DNA of 42,621 nt, from the NCBI RefSeq assembly GCF_001194135.2, contig NC_068991.1, positions 3,571,224 through 3,613,844 of the forward strand. Reading direction: 5' to 3'. The notes below the pieces were generated by a model. That model had not been told where the DNA came from. It saw only the letters and a list, made by a program, of their open reading frames with translations, and made no database searches. Each line of letters starts with the position of its first letter. The first letter of the stretch is position 1. Below are positions 25,075 through 36,598 of this stretch, piece by piece. The stretch is from Octopus bimaculoides (Eukaryota). The translations under genes and the position numbers were made by a program.

Positions 25075-25875
25075 TTCATAGCTTATGGAGATCAGTCACT
25101 TTGATCCCATTTTCAGTCAGCCATCGTTGATTCCTTTTCGCTGTGTGGCATCTTCCATGAATAAAAACTCATTTTTCGTTATGTCATCGCGTGAATACAT
25201 CGGAAGTAGTCCTTGCTTAAGTATTTCGATGTATTTTTCAGAGTTTATGGTTCCAACACATTCGATCAGCTCAGAACGACCATTGCTGGTGACAGCTCCC
25301 CATACCATTACAGAGATACCGCCATGTTTCACAGCTGGTTGGAGTCGTTTCAAATCAAATTCTTGACTGAGAAGCCTCCAGACCCAAACATGTTCATTGT
25401 CTGAAAATAATGCAAATCTGGATTCATCTGAGAAAATCACTCTATCCCAAAATAAACTGAGATTTTTCTGACATCTCCTTAGCCCATTTCTTTCTTTTCA
25501 TCATATTAATTGGTTGAAGGAGAGGTTTTCTTCTAGCTGCTCGTCCATAATACTCAGGCTATGCATATATGTAACACATGTTCTTGGACTAACTTCTAGC
25601 TGTTTTGCAATGCCAGAAGCCTTCGAACGGAGTTCGTTTTCCACGATTCTCTTCAAACAGCGAAGCTTCCTTTCCGGGGGCCCAGGTCGTACGTGACGAG
25701 AATCTGTTGATTCTTTTCCTTAGCTTTTGAATTGCACTATAATTCTATTAACAGTAGCAAGAGAAATTTGAAGATTTTCGGCAATTTTTCGTTGGCTAAG
25801 ACCAGCCTCAGATTGCCCAACAGTACGACCTCATTGAAAATATGACAGTTCTGCTGAATTTTTTGTGCTTGGCAT
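25075..25875 (-). pseudogene. Decayed Tc1-family transposase
   Basis: ATG at 25875 gives an HTH-like N-terminus ([22 protein letters not shown]), then GRAARRKPLL, VIFSDESRF and VKHGGISVMVWG. Contains several stops and frameshifts, and the region after the second catalytic Asp is deleted. Confidence 0.9.
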
Positions 25876-26100
25876 GGTTACTCTTCACAAATCTTTAATA
25901 TAATGGCACCTGGAATGAAAAAGAATAATTACATCGTAAATTCTACACCGCTGAAAACATATTAAGACGCTTAGATCAGAAATTTTGAGAATTAAAGGTG
26001 TCTATTTACTTCCTGCATGTCTGTGTATATGTATATATGCACATACATACATACATACATACATACATACATGCGTATATACATATATATTTTTGTGCGC

Positions 26101-26217
<117 letters not shown>

Positions 26218-27162
26218 GTTGCGTCTGTGTTTGTGCCACTTGACAACCGGTGTTGGTGGACTTGCTCTCCCGCAACATAGCGGTTCGGCAAATGAGGAAC
26301 ATAGATTAAATACCAGGCGATTTGCTCGACTCCAATTCTTCAAGGCGATGCCCCAGCATGGCTACAGTCTAATGACTGAAACAAGTAGAAGATAAAACAC
26401 ACACACACACACGCATATATACCTTTGCACATATATATATATTTCGTTTTTGGATTTGTTTTGCAACGGACAGAGTGAAGACTATTGAAAAGGCTGNNNN
26501 NNNNNNNNNNNNNNNNNNNNNNNNNNNNNNNNNNNNNNNNNNNNNNNNNNNNNNNNNNNNNNNNNNNNNNNNNNNNNNNNNNNNNNNNNNNNNNNNNNNN
26601 NNNNNNNNNNNNNNNNNNNNNNNNNNNNNNNNNNNNNNNNNNNNNNNNNNNNNNNNNNNNNNNNNNNNNNNNNNNNNNNNNNNNNNNNNNNNNNNNNNNN
26701 NNNNNNNNNNNNNNNNNNNNNNNNNNNNNNNNNNNNNNNNNNNNNNNNNNNNNNNNNNNNNNNNNNNNNNNNNNNNNNNNNNNNNNNNNNNNNNNNNNNN
26801 NNNNNNNNNNNNNNNNNNNNNNNNNNNNNNNNNNNNNNNNNNNNNNNNNNNNNNNNNNNNNNNNNNNNNNNNNNNNNNNNNNNNNNNNNNNNNNNNNNNN
26901 NNNNNNNNNNNNNNNNNNNNNNNNNNNNNNNNNNNNNNNNNNNNNNNNNNNNNNNNNNNNNNNNNNNNNNNNNNNNNNNNNNNNNNNNNNNNNNNNNNNN
27001 NNNNNNNNNNNNNNNNNNNNNNNNNNNNNNNNNNNNNNNNNNNNNNNNNNNNNNNNNNNNNNNNNNNNNNNNNNNNNNNNNNNNNNNNNNNNNNNNNNNN
27101 NNNNNNNNNNNNNNNNNNNNNTATATACATATATATATATATTTATATGTGTGCATGTACAG

Positions 27163-27204
<42 letters not shown>

Positions 27205-27460
27205 AAATGCTGTCAAGTGGGGAAGGATTATGCCAGCACTCCACTTAACTTCGACAACAATTTCACATTGCTTATTTCCTCTTCAAACAAAACAATGCAA
27301 CGTCGTGCTTAATTCTGTTCGCATATCCGTTGCATTTTCTCTCTCTCTCTCCCTCTCTCTCTTACATTCTTTCCTCTTAGTTGAATTTAATATATATATA
27401 ATACACACACACACATGTATATATATGCATACATACATATATATACTTACATATATATAT

Positions 27461-27625
27461 AGGAGTGGTTGTGTGGTAAGTAGGTTGATTAACAATCGTA
27501 TGATTCTGGGTTCAGTACCACTTTGTGGCTCCTTGAGCAAGTACCTTCTACTATAGCCTCGGGACGACCAAAGCCTTGTGAGTGAATTTGGTAGACGGAA
27601 ACTGAAAGAAGCTCGTCGTATATAT
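27461..27625 (+). mobile_element. SINE family A, 5' half
   Basis: Aligns by eye with 30481-30645. Confidence 0.8.
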
Positions 27626-28312
27626 ATTTTTATATATATATATATNNNNNNNNNNNNNNNNNNNNNNNNNNNNNNNNNNNNNNNNNNNNNNNNNNNNNNN
27701 NNNNNNNNNNNNNNNNNNNNNNNNNNNNNNNNNNNNNNNNNNNNNNNNNNNNNNNNNNNNNNNNNNNNNNNNNNNNNNNNNNNNNNNNNNNNNNNNNNNN
27801 NNNNNNNNNNNNNNNNNNNNNNNNNNNNNNNNNNNNNNNNNNNNNNNNNNNNNNNNNNNNNNNNNNNNNNNNNNNNNNNNNNNNNNNNNNNNNNNNNNNN
27901 NNNNNNNNNNNNNNNNNNNNNNNNNNNNNNNNNNNNNNNNNNNNNNNNNNNNNNNNNNNNNNNNNNNNNNNNNNNNNNNNNNNNNNNNNNNNNNNNNNNN
28001 NNNNNNNNNNNNNNNNNNNNNNNNNNNNNNNNNNNNNNNNNNNNNNNNNNNNNNNNNNNNNNNNNNNNNNNNNNNNNNNNNNNNNNNNNNNNNNNNNNNN
28101 NNNNNNNNNNNNNNNNNNNNNNNNNNNNNNNNNNNNNNNNNNNNNNNNNNNNNNNNNNNNNNNNNNNNNNNNNNNNNNNNNNNNNNNNNNNNNNNNNNNN
28201 NNNNNNNNNNNNNNNNNNNNNNNNNNNNNNNNNNNNNNNNNNNNNNATGTAGTGGTCAGCGATCTATCATATGCATATATACATCCGCTCGGAGTGATGT
28301 GTGTGTATGTGT

Positions 28313-28357
<45 letters not shown>

Positions 28358-28803
28358 GAAGTTTTCTCACACAATCCTGTATATTGTTAGTTTTTTTAGG
28401 TTAATCTCCGCACTATTTCGTCAATCATGGCGGTGTCTAGGCACCGATGACGAGATTACTACGTCCTGAAACACATCTGTCATTTAATCCAGTACTTAAC
28501 AGAAATAATTAAAATACTATTACTTATTAAGCTAATATTTCGTTGTTTTTGTTGTTCTAATTATGTTTATTACAGTATAGACATATCTAATTAAACTTTT
28601 AACTCCTCTTGCGTTAATTATGTTAATGTTGACCTAACTATTGTTTTCCATGAGAATGACGTCCGCTAATTACATCATCACGGGGATGTGTGTGCGCATG
28701 CGTGTGCGTACGAGTGTGTGTCTGTATGTGTGTGTATGTGCATTATTTATAACTTGTGTGCAATTATATGTGTAAATAAATAAGCATGTTTATATATGTA
28801 CGC

Positions 28804-28844
<41 letters not shown>

Positions 28845-28967
28845 ATTAACAAATATCAGGGTAGCAAAAAAATTTTTAGAAATTCAATTTACTACCGGTG
28901 GTTTAGCGTTGTTTACGTATTTCATGTTATTTGAATGGGCGGTGACGTCCTCTACTCATATATGCAG

Positions 28968-28999
<32 letters not shown>

Positions 29000-29458
29000 T
29001 ATACACGCACGGAATTTAGTAAAATGATTTTACCGTTATTAAGCTGGTGTTTAGAATGAAAGGTGCCATGGCATGCAGATAGATGGAAGGTGTTAAGTTA
29101 AATCAATTTAACCCTTTTGTTACCATATTCCCACTGCGCTGACTTTGGTTCAATAAAGTTTGAAAATAAGGAAAACAACGAAAATATAATAAAATATTTT
29201 TAGAATGTAAGTTGGTATGAAATTTAGAAGGAAGGTGGGGACTGGAATGTCAAAGAATAAACCCAACGTTTCCTTTGTGTATCGTAAAAGGAGGACTTAA
29301 TGAGGTTGATCTAGAATTTGCCACTCTGATCCCGTAAAAACCCTCACCAGCAACGATACCCAAATGGGCCCACGAATTGGAAGTCTGTCGCCTTAGTGCT
29401 GCAAAGGTTTAATCCAACAAATGGTGGATGTAGGGACGTACTGTAACTGCGCATTCCC

Positions 29459-29507
<49 letters not shown>

Positions 29508-29951
29508 CACTACTACTACTTTACATCATAGAATCATGGCAGTCACAGGTGGGTTGCTGTCAGACATAATTTAAATCCACCGGTGATGATTTCTATCAGT
29601 TACAATATCGTTTTTTTATGACCCTGGTTGCCAACTATTAAAATAAAGAAAAATACACAACTAAAATGGCGTCTATAAAAGCAGCCATTATCATCGTCTC
29701 TTAATTTAGAAGATGAGATTACTGATATGATATCTAACGTTAATGGACTTAGGGACGGTATCGATCCAAATTAAGCGTTATTTAAATGTATAGATCTCGT
29801 AAAAGAATATTTCAAAAAACGAAATAAATCATATGAAAATTAAACTACATTGCAATCGTGTCTTCCGGATAAAACGCACGTACGCAACATACACACGACA
29901 CACACACACACGTCTTTCGGATACACTCACACACACACATGTATATGAATG

Positions 29952-30002
<51 letters not shown>

Positions 30003-30024
30003 TCTTTTATTCTTTTTATTCCTA

Positions 30025-30209
30025 GACTTGTTTCAGTCATTTGACTGCGGCCATGTATTTATTCTATCAGTACCTATTCTATCGGTATCTTTTGCCGAGC
30101 CGATAGTTATGGGGATGTAAACACACCAACATCGGATGTCAGGCGATGGTGGGGGGACAAACACTGACACACAAGCACACACACACACACAAGCACACAC
30201 ACACACACA

Positions 30210-30304
<95 letters not shown>

Positions 30305-30350
30305 GTACATATATACGACGGGCTTCTTTCAGTTTTCGTCTGCCAAATCC
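30025..30350 (-). mobile_element. SINE family A, 5'-truncated copy
   Basis: Reverse complement of 30600-30875, with an internal deletion and an expanded (CA)n tract. Confidence 0.8.
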
Positions 30351-30480
30351 AATCGTCACTAAATATGACTAAATGTGACAAAGTGTCTCGGCACCCTTAG
30401 TCACATTTGGTGACGAGTGGATTTTCTTTTATGGTATATTGCGCCCAGCGTTTTATATCAATTTATTTATGTATATACGC

Positions 30481-30890
30481 GGGAGTGGTTGTGTGGTAAG
30501 TAACTTGCTTACCAACCACATAGTTCTGGGTTCAGTTCCACTGCGTGGCACCTTGGGCAAGTGTCTTCTACTATAGCCTCGGGCCGACCAAAGCCTTGTG
30601 AGTGGATTTGGTAGACGGAAACTGAAAGAAGCCCGTCGTATATATGTATATATGTATATATGTATGTGTGTGTATATGTTTGTGTGTCTGTGTTTGTCCC
30701 CCCAACATCGCTTGACAATCGATGCTGGTGTGTTTACGTCCCCGTAACTTAGCGGTTCGGCAAAAGAGACCGATAGAATAAGTACTAGGCTTCCAAAGAA
30801 TAAGTCCTGGGGTCGATTTGCTCGACTAAAGGCGGTGCTCCAGCATGGCCACAGTCAAATGATTGAAACAAGTAAAAGAGTAAAAGAGTA
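30481..30890 (+). mobile_element. Full-length tRNA-derived SINE, family A (octopus OR/OK-type; exact family unassigned)
   Basis: Head GGAGTGGTTGTGTGGTAAG (A-box-like) and GGGTTCAGTTCC (B-box-like), CORE-like block GGCACCTTGGGCAAGTGTCTT, an internal (TA/TG)n tract, and a (GTAAAAGA)n tail. Many partial copies occur elsewhere in the window. Confidence 0.85.
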
Positions 30891-31754
30891 TACATACATA
30901 CATACACACACACACATAACCATTCGGTCAGTTACTGATGTTTTCCTTATATTAAATTCCATTCACAAAATATTGGTTATCTCAAGATTTCACAAGACTG
31001 GCTAAAATATCGCACAGTGGAATCGAACCCACAGTCACCTGATTAATGATTGACACGAACCTATTTGACGACAAGACCTGCACCTGTTTTAAGTTTTCTT
31101 TATTTCATCTTATTTTATTTATTACTTGTTCTATTTCTTTATTTTCGCATAGAAGAGGTGCGCTCAATAGAATACAGTTCCAGGTTAATACTTTATAACC
31201 ACCCACAATTCTCAGCCGGGTAACTTTCTATACTTTTAATCATGTAACATAGTATTTCATTGTCTGTAGTTTTTGAATTCAATCATTCTATTTACTAGTT
31301 TTTATTGTGTGAAAATCAATATGACTAAAGTCAAATTAATGACTTTTCATATTCTGTGTAATTGTATTTCATTGTGAAGGCTTTTACTTCGAAATTGCAA
31401 TACGATTGTACACACTGTTGTCAAAAGAAAAAGTATGGAGCTATTTTTTGACAAGAACAAAAAATATTAGATGTGTTTCCTGAAAGTAATGACTAGAAAT
31501 CCCAGGCGATATTGTTAAGGATCCAACAGGTTGGGCTGTGTATAGATTCTTATTTCCGGAGAGCTACTTTCAAAAGAGAATAATTAAAAAAGGATTAAAC
31601 TACATTCAGAATTGTCAAGAGGTAATAAAATATCATAAAAATTCTGTTTTCTGTAAATATATGTTTATGTATATATGCATACGTGACTGAATGTACGTCC
31701 ATTTGGGATGAGAGGTGTGTATACATACAAACATTCATACACACAGAAACACAC

Positions 31755-31817
<63 letters not shown>

Positions 31818-32398
31818 NNNNNNNNNNNNNNNNNNNNNNNNNNNNNNNNNNNNNNNNNNNNNNNNNNNNNNNNNNNNNNNNNNNNNNNNNNNNNNNNNNN
31901 NNNNNNNNNNNNNNNNNNNNNNNNNNNNNNNNNNNNNNNNNNNNNNNNNNNNNNNNNNNNNNNNNNNNNNNNNNNNNNNNNNNNNNNNNNNNNNNNNNNN
32001 NNNNNNNNNNNNNNNNNNNNNNNNNNNNNNNNNNNNNNNNNNNNNNNNNNNNNNNNNNNNNNNNNNNNNNNNNNNNNNNNNNNNNNNNNNNNNNNNNNNN
32101 NNNNNNNNNNNNNNNNNNNNNNNNNNNNNNNNNNNNNNNNNNNNNNNNNNNNNNNNNNNNNNNNNNNNNNNNNNNNNNNNNNNNNNNNNNNNNNNNNNNN
32201 NNNNNNNNNNNNTATATATCCATACATATATGTACATACCTACATCTATATGTATACATACATGCATATATGGGTACAGGACATCACAAAAAAAACGTTA
32301 AACACAATGAGAAACGAAAACAGAAAACGAACTTTTTTTGAACAACGAAAAAAACAGAGAAACGAGACATGCAAGATAAAGAATATTCTCCTTCATCA

Positions 32399-32650
32399 GT
32401 GGTTAGAGCGCCGGTTTCATAATCATTAGGTAGTGAGTTCAATTCCTGGACCGGGCTGTGTGTTGTGTTTTTGAGCACTTTATTTCACGTTGCTCTCGTT
32501 CACTCATGTGTAGAAATAAGTTGTAATGTCACTGGTGCCAAGCTGTATCGGCCCCTTTGTCTTTCTCTTGGATAACATCAGAGGCGTAGAGAGGGGAAGC
32601 TGGTATGCATAGGCGGCTACTGGTCTTCCATAAACAACCTTGCTCTGTCA
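32399..32650 (+). mobile_element. SINE family C variant with a different 3' body
   Basis: AGTGGTTAGAGCG head, GAGTTCAATTCC B box and CACTTTATTTCACGTTGCTC core. Confidence 0.7.
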
Positions 32651-33587
32651 TGTTCCTCGGATTATAATTTTTTAGGTGCAATCCCATTGTCATGACGAAG
32701 GGGGTCTTTACCCTTTATATGTGAGTGTGTGTGTGTGTGTGTGTGTGTATAAAGTTTTCTCATCCTTTTTATACATCTAGAACAACGCTGTCCAACAGGT
32801 CCTTTCAAGCCCTTCCTTTTTAACACAGTACTGTGTGATTTGGTTGCCATTTCTAACAGGTCCAATGACCACATCGAATCTTCCCATATTTATTTGACAG
32901 TGTGAGGTAAAAGGCGGAGGAAGACAAGCAGAAGACAACGAGTTTCAATGGACGTACCTCTTTATAAATTCTATCATAAATCTATTCCCCATCTCCCACA
33001 ACTCCCATTCTCTCTCTCTATCATCACCAGTCCCCCTCTCTCATTTTCATTCCCCCTCTCTCATGCTCTCTATATATCTATCCCCCACTTTCACTCTCCT
33101 CTTATTTTTTTAAAAAAAGTATTTTTATCGCTCACTGACTCATACATAGCTTTATTTGAAGTATATTTTTTACCGTAGTGTTTGTTTAGTTCGTGTCGTG
33201 TTTAGGGTGAAATCCTGTTAATAATGTATCATGCAAGAGTATGAGAAACCATTCTGAGAGGGGTTTACTGGTAAGGAATGGCATGGCACCAATTGTAATC
33301 AAGCTTGGGCTGTTTTTTTTTCTGTTACATGACTAACCGTAGAGCTGACACACCGATATGGATATACCCTTAAATAAAAGAACATATATACATATATATA
33401 TATATTTGTGTGTGTATCTTTGTGTTTCTGTTTGTCCCCCACCACTACTACTACTTGACAACCGGTGTTGGTGGGTTTACGTCCCAGTATGGATATATCT
33501 GTTTTTTTTTTATGTTCAGTTATAATAAAAACAATTTTACGTTAGTCTGACGGATTCCTCAATGCTTTTGTAGAGTACAAATTTTTC

Positions 33588-33703
33588 TATTCTTAAATCA
33601 GAACATTGTTGACAGTGACTTCGTAGTGTCGGCCATCGCCGGACAATGGTATAGCTAGTCGAAACATCGAAGTCACTGCCAAGAATATTCTTATTTAAGA
33701 ATA
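33588..33703. repeat. 116-bp hairpin, MITE-like
   Basis: 36-bp arms with 32 of 36 positions matching (TATTCTTAAATCAGAACATTGTTGACAGTGACTTCG / CGAAGTCACTGCCAAGAATATTCTTATTTAAGAATA). Begins and ends with TA. Confidence 0.7.
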
Positions 33704-34042
33704 ATTTCTGTATGTGTGTATACGTTACCCTCGATGTCTATACAGCTATACATAGAAACACTCACGCGTATTTTTTTTCATTAGCGTCACATCAAATAAA
33801 CGTTAATCAGTATTTATTATCATAATATTAAAATTGTAAATCTTACACAGGAAACAAACAAATTAAACTCTCTCATGAAAGTAGTAAAGAAGAACCTGAC
33901 TTCTGCGCATGCGCGTGGGCAGCCATTTTCAGTCTGTCATGTGATTGGTTTCACAGTCTTTTTTTTTCCCAGGTGTTTTATCGTCCATCGTCCCTCAAAA
34001 AGTCAACAACCGGTTCTCATTGAAAACCAGCTTCAGCTCACT

Positions 34043-34095
<53 letters not shown>

Positions 34096-34221
34096 TCTCT
34101 CTCTTTCTCTCTCTGTCACACACACACACACACACACATACACACACATGTATACACATCAAACACGATTTCATATATACATACATATATACATCTACAC
34201 ACAAGCATACAAATACAAACA

Positions 34222-34550
34222 CAGATGCACATATAGCTCAGTGGTTGGAGCATTCGACTCACTTTCGTAAGGTTGTAAGTTCGATACCCGGCGACGCGCT
34301 GTGTCCTTGAGCAAGACACTTTATTTCACGTCACTCCAGTCCACTCAGCTGGCGAAAATGAGTAGTACCTGTATTTCAAAAGGGTCAGCCTTGTCACATT
34401 CTGCATCACGCTGAATCTCTCTGAGAACTACATTAAGGGTACGCGTGTCTGTGGAGTACTCAGCCACTTGCATGTTAATTTCACGAGCAGGTTGTTCCGT
34501 TGATTGGATCGACTGAAACTGGCACTCCGTCGTCTATGACGGAGTGCCAG
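34222..34550 (+). mobile_element. tRNA-derived SINE, family C
   Basis: tRNA-like head (TAGCTCAGTGGTT...GTTCGATACCC) followed by GTGTCCTTGAGCAAGACACTTTATTTCAC and CTCCAGTCCACTCAGCTG. The head and core are shared with 32399-32520 (+) and 3025-3150 (-). Confidence 0.8.
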
Positions 34551-34879
34551 CTTTTGGTGCATTATATGTTTCGATTTCAATAGAAACTGAAATCGATCTG
34601 TTAGTTAAACGACAAGCGAACTCACTTGCTGCACCGGGGAAACACTTACAGAATCGATCTGCCTTTTGCAAGATGTTACATGGACGCCACTAATGATTAC
34701 TAATCGATGAACTTTATTAATCCTCTTGAATATTTAATATAAGACTTTACTTTCTAGCAGTCCTTTGCTAGTTTCTAGGCCTTCCTCTGGCCAGGAAGTC
34801 CAGGCAATTTTTCCTCTGGCCAGGAAGTCCAGGCAATTTTTCCTCTCTTCGCTGGCCATGGGCTAATGAATAAATATGA

Positions 34880-35110
34880 TCAAGCAATAAATATTGGTTT
34901 CAAATTTTGGTACAAGGTCAGTAATTTCGGGGGAGGGAGTAAATCGATTACATCGACCCCCAGTGCACAACTGGTACTTATCTCATCGACCCCGAAAGCG
35001 GATGAACGGCAAAATCGGCCTCGGCGGAATATGAAATTAGAACATGAAGCCGGACGAAATGCCGTAAGCATTTTATCCGGCGTGCTTAACGTTTCTGCCA
35101 GCTCGCCGCC
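34880..35110 (-). mobile_element. SINE family B, full length
   Basis: Reverse complement starts GGCGGCGAGCTGGCAGAAAC and follows the family B body. Confidence 0.8.
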
Positions 35111-35754
35111 CTCCTTATGTCATGTATCTTTATCAGTTTGGCAAAATGACCGATAGAACAATCAGTACTGAGATCAATCTACTCGATTAAGACCCTACCC
35201 ACTAGTGCTCCAGCATGACCGTAGTCCAATGACTCAAAAACAATGACTAAAAAAAGAAATCCTCTACCGCCACCACCACCACCACCCTACCACAAACTAA
35301 AACCATCCATCCTGCTTCACAGAAAGAGATGACATCACCGCTAGTCTCCTTTTTCTGCCATTCCATAGATATGACTTCGCAATCTTGACGGCAACTGGCG
35401 AGAAAGCGAGCTCCAAATAAACACACTAAAATTAGAACAACGAACCGACTCACAACAACCGAAACACACCACACACACATACACACGCACACACACACAC
35501 ACATACACACACGCATACGCACGCACGCATGCGCACGCACGCATATGCACGCACACAGAAGACGTAGCTGTTTGGTTAAGAAACTTGCTTCCCAACTACA
35601 TGTTTTTGCGTTCAGTTCCACTGTGAGGAGCGTTAGGCAAGTGTCTTCTATTACAACCTTATCAGTGGATTTGGTCGATGGAAACTGAAAGAAGCCCGTT
35701 GTACACACATATACACACACACACATATACACACACACATATACATAGTAAACG

Positions 35755-36365
35755 AACGATGATGGTGGAGGATAACGACTCCTTACTTGGTTTTCTAAAA
35801 TGCTCCATAAATCTTCAATAATATTGAGATCTGGGGACTGTGGTGGCCAGATAAGATGTTCAACTTCACTAGAATGTCCCTCGTACCATTCAGTAACAAC
35901 TTTAGCTGTGTGAATTGGTGCATTATCATCCTGAAAGATTGCGTTTCACTTCGGAAACAGTTCTGCAACCATAGGATGAATTTGATCAGATAAAATGCTT
36001 AAATAGTCTTGACTATTGATTATGTCATGAAGGGAAAGCATTAGGTCGGAGGATTTCCAAGATATAGCGCCCCCAGATCATCACAAATCCTCCTCCATCT
36101 TTAACAGTTGGAAGAAGGCAGTCTCCACACGTATACTCGTCTGAGAAAATAACATTGTTCCACTGCTCTAGGGACCAATTCTGTAGGTTTTTACTCCACT
36201 CAAAATGTTTTGCAACGTTTGTTTTTGAAAGTAGTGGTTTTCTGATTGCAGCCCTCCCGGGAAATGCGACTTTGTGCAGCTCCCGGCGAACAGTTTTTGT
36301 GAAAACTTGGTCCTCTAGGTAGTCATTGAGCTCTGCAATAATTTTGGGAGCTGTACTTTTGTGAT
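35755..36365 (-). pseudogene. Decayed Tc1-family transposase (second, distinct element)
   Basis: Reads TVRRELH...GRAAIRKPLL, WNNVIFSDE, PTVKDGGGFVMIWG and FQDDNAPIH...WPPQSPDLNIIEDLW. Contains at least one frameshift, a TGA, and an internal deletion after SDE. Confidence 0.92.
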
Positions 36366-36397
36366 CCAGGGCTTGCAGAGGTTAAACAATAATAATC

Positions 36398-36598
36398 CTT
36401 TCTACTATAGGCACAAGGCCTGAAATTGTGGGGTAGGGGGCTAGTCGATTATATCAACCCCAGTGTTTCACTGGTACTTAATTTATCGACCCCGGAATGA
36501 TGAAAGGCAAAGTCGACCTCAGCGGAATTTGAACTATGAACGTACCGATGGGCGAAATGTCGCTAAGTATTTCGTCCAGCGTGCTAACGATTCTGCCA
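36398..36598 (-). mobile_element. SINE family B (a 3' fragment also lies on + at 12368-12455)
   Basis: Contains GAAAGGCAAAGTCGACCTC, the reverse complement of the family B core. Confidence 0.75.

Noticed and set aside
28445-28495. CCGATGA...GAAACACATCTGTC as a fourth hammerhead
   Set aside because: The core has a U-to-C change, stem II is not closed next to the core, and no stem I pairing exists.
34222-34292. tRNA gene
   Set aside because: The tRNA-like head continues directly into a SINE body, and there is no complete cloverleaf or proper acceptor stem.
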